Shown piece by piece: positions 6,405 to 7,738 of a stretch of DNA of 7,738 bases. Source of the stretch: a virus. Lineage: Duplodnaviria > Heunggongvirae > Uroviricota > Caudoviricetes. The stretch's first letter is position 1. The number at the start of each line of letters is the position of its first letter. A model generated the notes under the pieces. The model had not been told where the DNA came from, made no database searches, and saw only the letters and a program-made list of their open reading frames with translations. Both the position numbers and the translations under genes were made by a program. The stretch lies in IMG/VR virus record IMGVR_UViG_2703718823_000003. One strand, given 5' to 3'.

Positions 6405-6590
6405 ATGTCCGGTTTTAGTGTCTGTTTTTTGCGCATGTCCGGTTCATGGAAAGCATGTTTTTATATTTTTCATATGGTTAACTTGCAGAGAAACCGGACA
6501 TGGATCCCGGAAAATTTTCATAAATAGTGAAAACGCGCGAGGTCGCCGCCCCGTAACGGGCCATAATTCCAGGAAGGACCCGACGACACC
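6405..6590 (-). other. cos site 2 (lambda-type cosQ-flank, cosN, cosB-like region), inverted orientation
   Basis: The reverse complement of 6500-6590 reads ..GGGTCCTTCC.GG....CCCGTTACG | GGGCGGCGACCT | CGCGCGTTTTCACTATTTATGAAAATTTTCCGG, almost identical to the lambda cos left end as recalled; cosN is at 6540-6551 on the minus strand. Three copies of ATGTCCGGTT / AACCGGACAT lie at 6492-6501, 6435-6444 and 6405-6414, at R3/R2/R1-like distances. Confidence 0.7.
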
Positions 6591-6615
6591 AGACTATCAG
6601 AACGATGGGGGCACA

Positions 6616-6897
6616 ATGACAGAAGCCGAACTACTGCGATTAATCCGTCGCGTTGCCGGAATCAGCCAGCAGGCTGACGAACAGGCCACGCAGCCGGACA
6701 GCGTGACAGCCGAAAATTATGTGCGTGTTGTTGCGGAGGTGATGCGCCGTGATGGTATCCAGCTTAATGATGCGGATATGCGCGACATACGGATCCGCGT
6801 TCTTGAAATGCTGGCCTACCGTCGCCGCGTGCAGACGTACAGGGAAAAAGCAAAAATAACGTACCAGTGGAAGAAGCCGGAGCGATTACGGCGGTAA
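6616..6897 (+). CDS. hypothetical protein (93 aa), Arg-rich
   Basis: ATG 6616 with a GGGGG stretch about 5 nt upstream. The track ORF extends upstream to GTG 6418, through the cos sequence, which is unlikely. Ends at TAA 6895-6897. No motif recognised. Confidence 0.55.
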   Translation: MTEAELLRLIRRVAGISQQADEQATQPDSVTAENYVRVVAEVMRRDGIQLNDADMRDIRIRVLEMLAYRRRVQTYREKAKITYQWKKPERLRR

Positions 6898-6917
6898 CTT
6901 GCTGATATTCCCGATAA

Positions 6918-7157
6918 CGCAAAATTGCGCTCTGTCCTAACCCGTTGATATTTTCGGGAACAGCCAACGGCTGAGGCCGGAACAACGATTATCTTTCAGA
7001 TAGTCAGAGCTACGAAATTTTCGTAGTTTAATTACTCGCCAGTTTATCGTTAACCCGTTGATATTTTCGGAAACCTCAATTTGAGGAAGTCGGCGCGGTA
7101 ACTCGCTGAACTTTAAGCAAAGCGCAAAATTGCGCTTGCTGAATAATCATTATGATT
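6918..7157. repeat. Cluster of direct repeats and dyad symmetries (candidate regulatory region)
   Basis: 20-bp direct repeat TAACCCGTTGATATTTTCGG at 6938-6957 and 7051-7070. Dyad CGCAA-AA-TTGCG at 6918-6929 and, extended, at 7121-7136. Palindromes CTACGAAA-T-TTTCGTAG (7010-7026), CCTCAA-T-TTGAGG (7074-7086), AATCAT-T-ATGATT (7145-7157). Confidence 0.5.
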
Positions 7158-7213
7158 ACGCAGATGATTAAGGAATGACCGAAGGCGGAAATTCGCCTGT
7201 GGTTAATGGGGGA

Positions 7214-7433
7214 GTTGCAGATCTGCAACTCGACCATGAAACTACGGAAACTACCCGTAGTTTGGGTAGTAAGAGTAACACCCAGATTTTGGGGCTTACT
7301 CGTGATACCCAAATTTGGGGTATCGGTGGCAACCATAACGACTTTCGTTACGGTTGATGCTTTTACCCCATTGGTGGAGGCTGGGCGGCCTGCTGTGGGC
7401 TTTTCCACCATTGGTGGAAAGGTGCAGATCTGG
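7214..7433. other. Palindrome-rich, potentially highly structured segment (candidate ncRNA or protein-recognition DNA)
   Basis: Perfect 16-bp palindrome GTTGCAGATCTGCAAC (7214-7229) with a related copy TGCAGATCTG (7423-7432). Hairpin AAACTACGG / CCGTAGTTT (7239-7263) with a competing ACTACCC / GGGTAGT pairing. Hairpin GATACCC-AAATTTG-GGGTATC (7304-7324). Hairpin TAACGA-CTT-TCGTTA (7336-7350). CCATTGGTGG (7368-7377) can pair with CCACCATTGG (7405-7414). Confidence 0.3.
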
Positions 7434-7633
7434 ATCATCATTACGGTGATCAAGGGTATGTAAAACCCACCAGCCTGATTAACAGTTAACCGGAAAAAAA
7501 TTCCGGTAGGTGGGGATCCCCATATCGACATTAACGCCCCTCATGAATTAGCGCGCTTCCCCCTGGAAAGATGACCCGCCTGTATATTTCTTGTGTCTAT
7601 TTGTTCCACGTTGTTTCATACAGTGCACCGAAC

Positions 7634-7655
7634 GGTGTAGTCACTGGTGTAGTCA
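7634..7655. promoter_or_regulatory. Tandem 12-bp repeat in an AT-rich region at the window edge
   Basis: GGTGTAGTCACT GGTGTAGTCATT, followed by AT-rich sequence running to the end of the window. Likely a control region for something outside the window. Confidence 0.25.
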
Positions 7656-7738
7656 TTTTGCGATTTATGGCATTTTTTGTAGTGCAAATTATTTAATTAA
7701 ATCAATGCGTTAAGTGAAATTAGTTATATATAACAGCA

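Noticed and set aside
5987-6590. Terminal inverted repeats of a transposon/MITE or a site-specific invertible switch around 6028-6539
   Set aside because: The repeat arms match the lambda cosQ/cosN junction rather than transposon ends, and no transposase or invertase gene is present. Homologous inversion across the arms is still possible and is noted in the finding.
6418-6615. N-terminal extension of the 93-aa gene back to GTG 6418
   Set aside because: It would be translated through cos2 and its repeats. The ATG at 6616 with an upstream G-rich RBS is the more plausible start.
7200-7520. tRNA or tmRNA gene
   Set aside because: No T-loop (GGTTCGANTCC-like) or cloverleaf arrangement could be found by eye.
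7076-7531. Overlapping ORFs 7076-7531 (-), 7175-7357 (+) and 7206-7463 (+) as protein-coding genes
   Set aside because: They are mutually overlapping in a region saturated with perfect palindromes. The plus-strand ORFs have poor or badly spaced RBS and rare codons. The minus-strand ORF does have a GAGGGG 5 nt before its ATG, so it is not fully excluded, but its product is low in complexity and unrecognisable.

Overview
The window reads as the replication and packaging core of a phage-satellite-like element (PICI-like) from an enterobacterial genome, with all convincing genes on the + strand. In order: two small translationally coupled ORFs and a primase/helicase (52-2423); an iteron-type origin (2437-2664); a low-confidence basic ORF, an SSB-family gene and a 90-aa ORF (2710-3679); terminators and a sigma70-like promoter with dyad operators (3686-3884); a capsid module of 68-aa ORF, lambda gpE-like major capsid protein, lambda gpD-like decoration protein and 137-aa ORF (3920-5954); two complete lambda-type cos sites in inverted orientation flanking a 512-bp AT-rich segment that carries two different triplets of cosB-like repeats (5984-6590); a 93-aa ORF (6616-6897); and a repeat- and palindrome-dense region with no convincing gene (6900-7738). 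The most unusual feature is the pair of convergent cos sites with distinct cosB repeat sets. All homology statements come from reading the translations and comparing with lambda sequences from memory; no database search was run.
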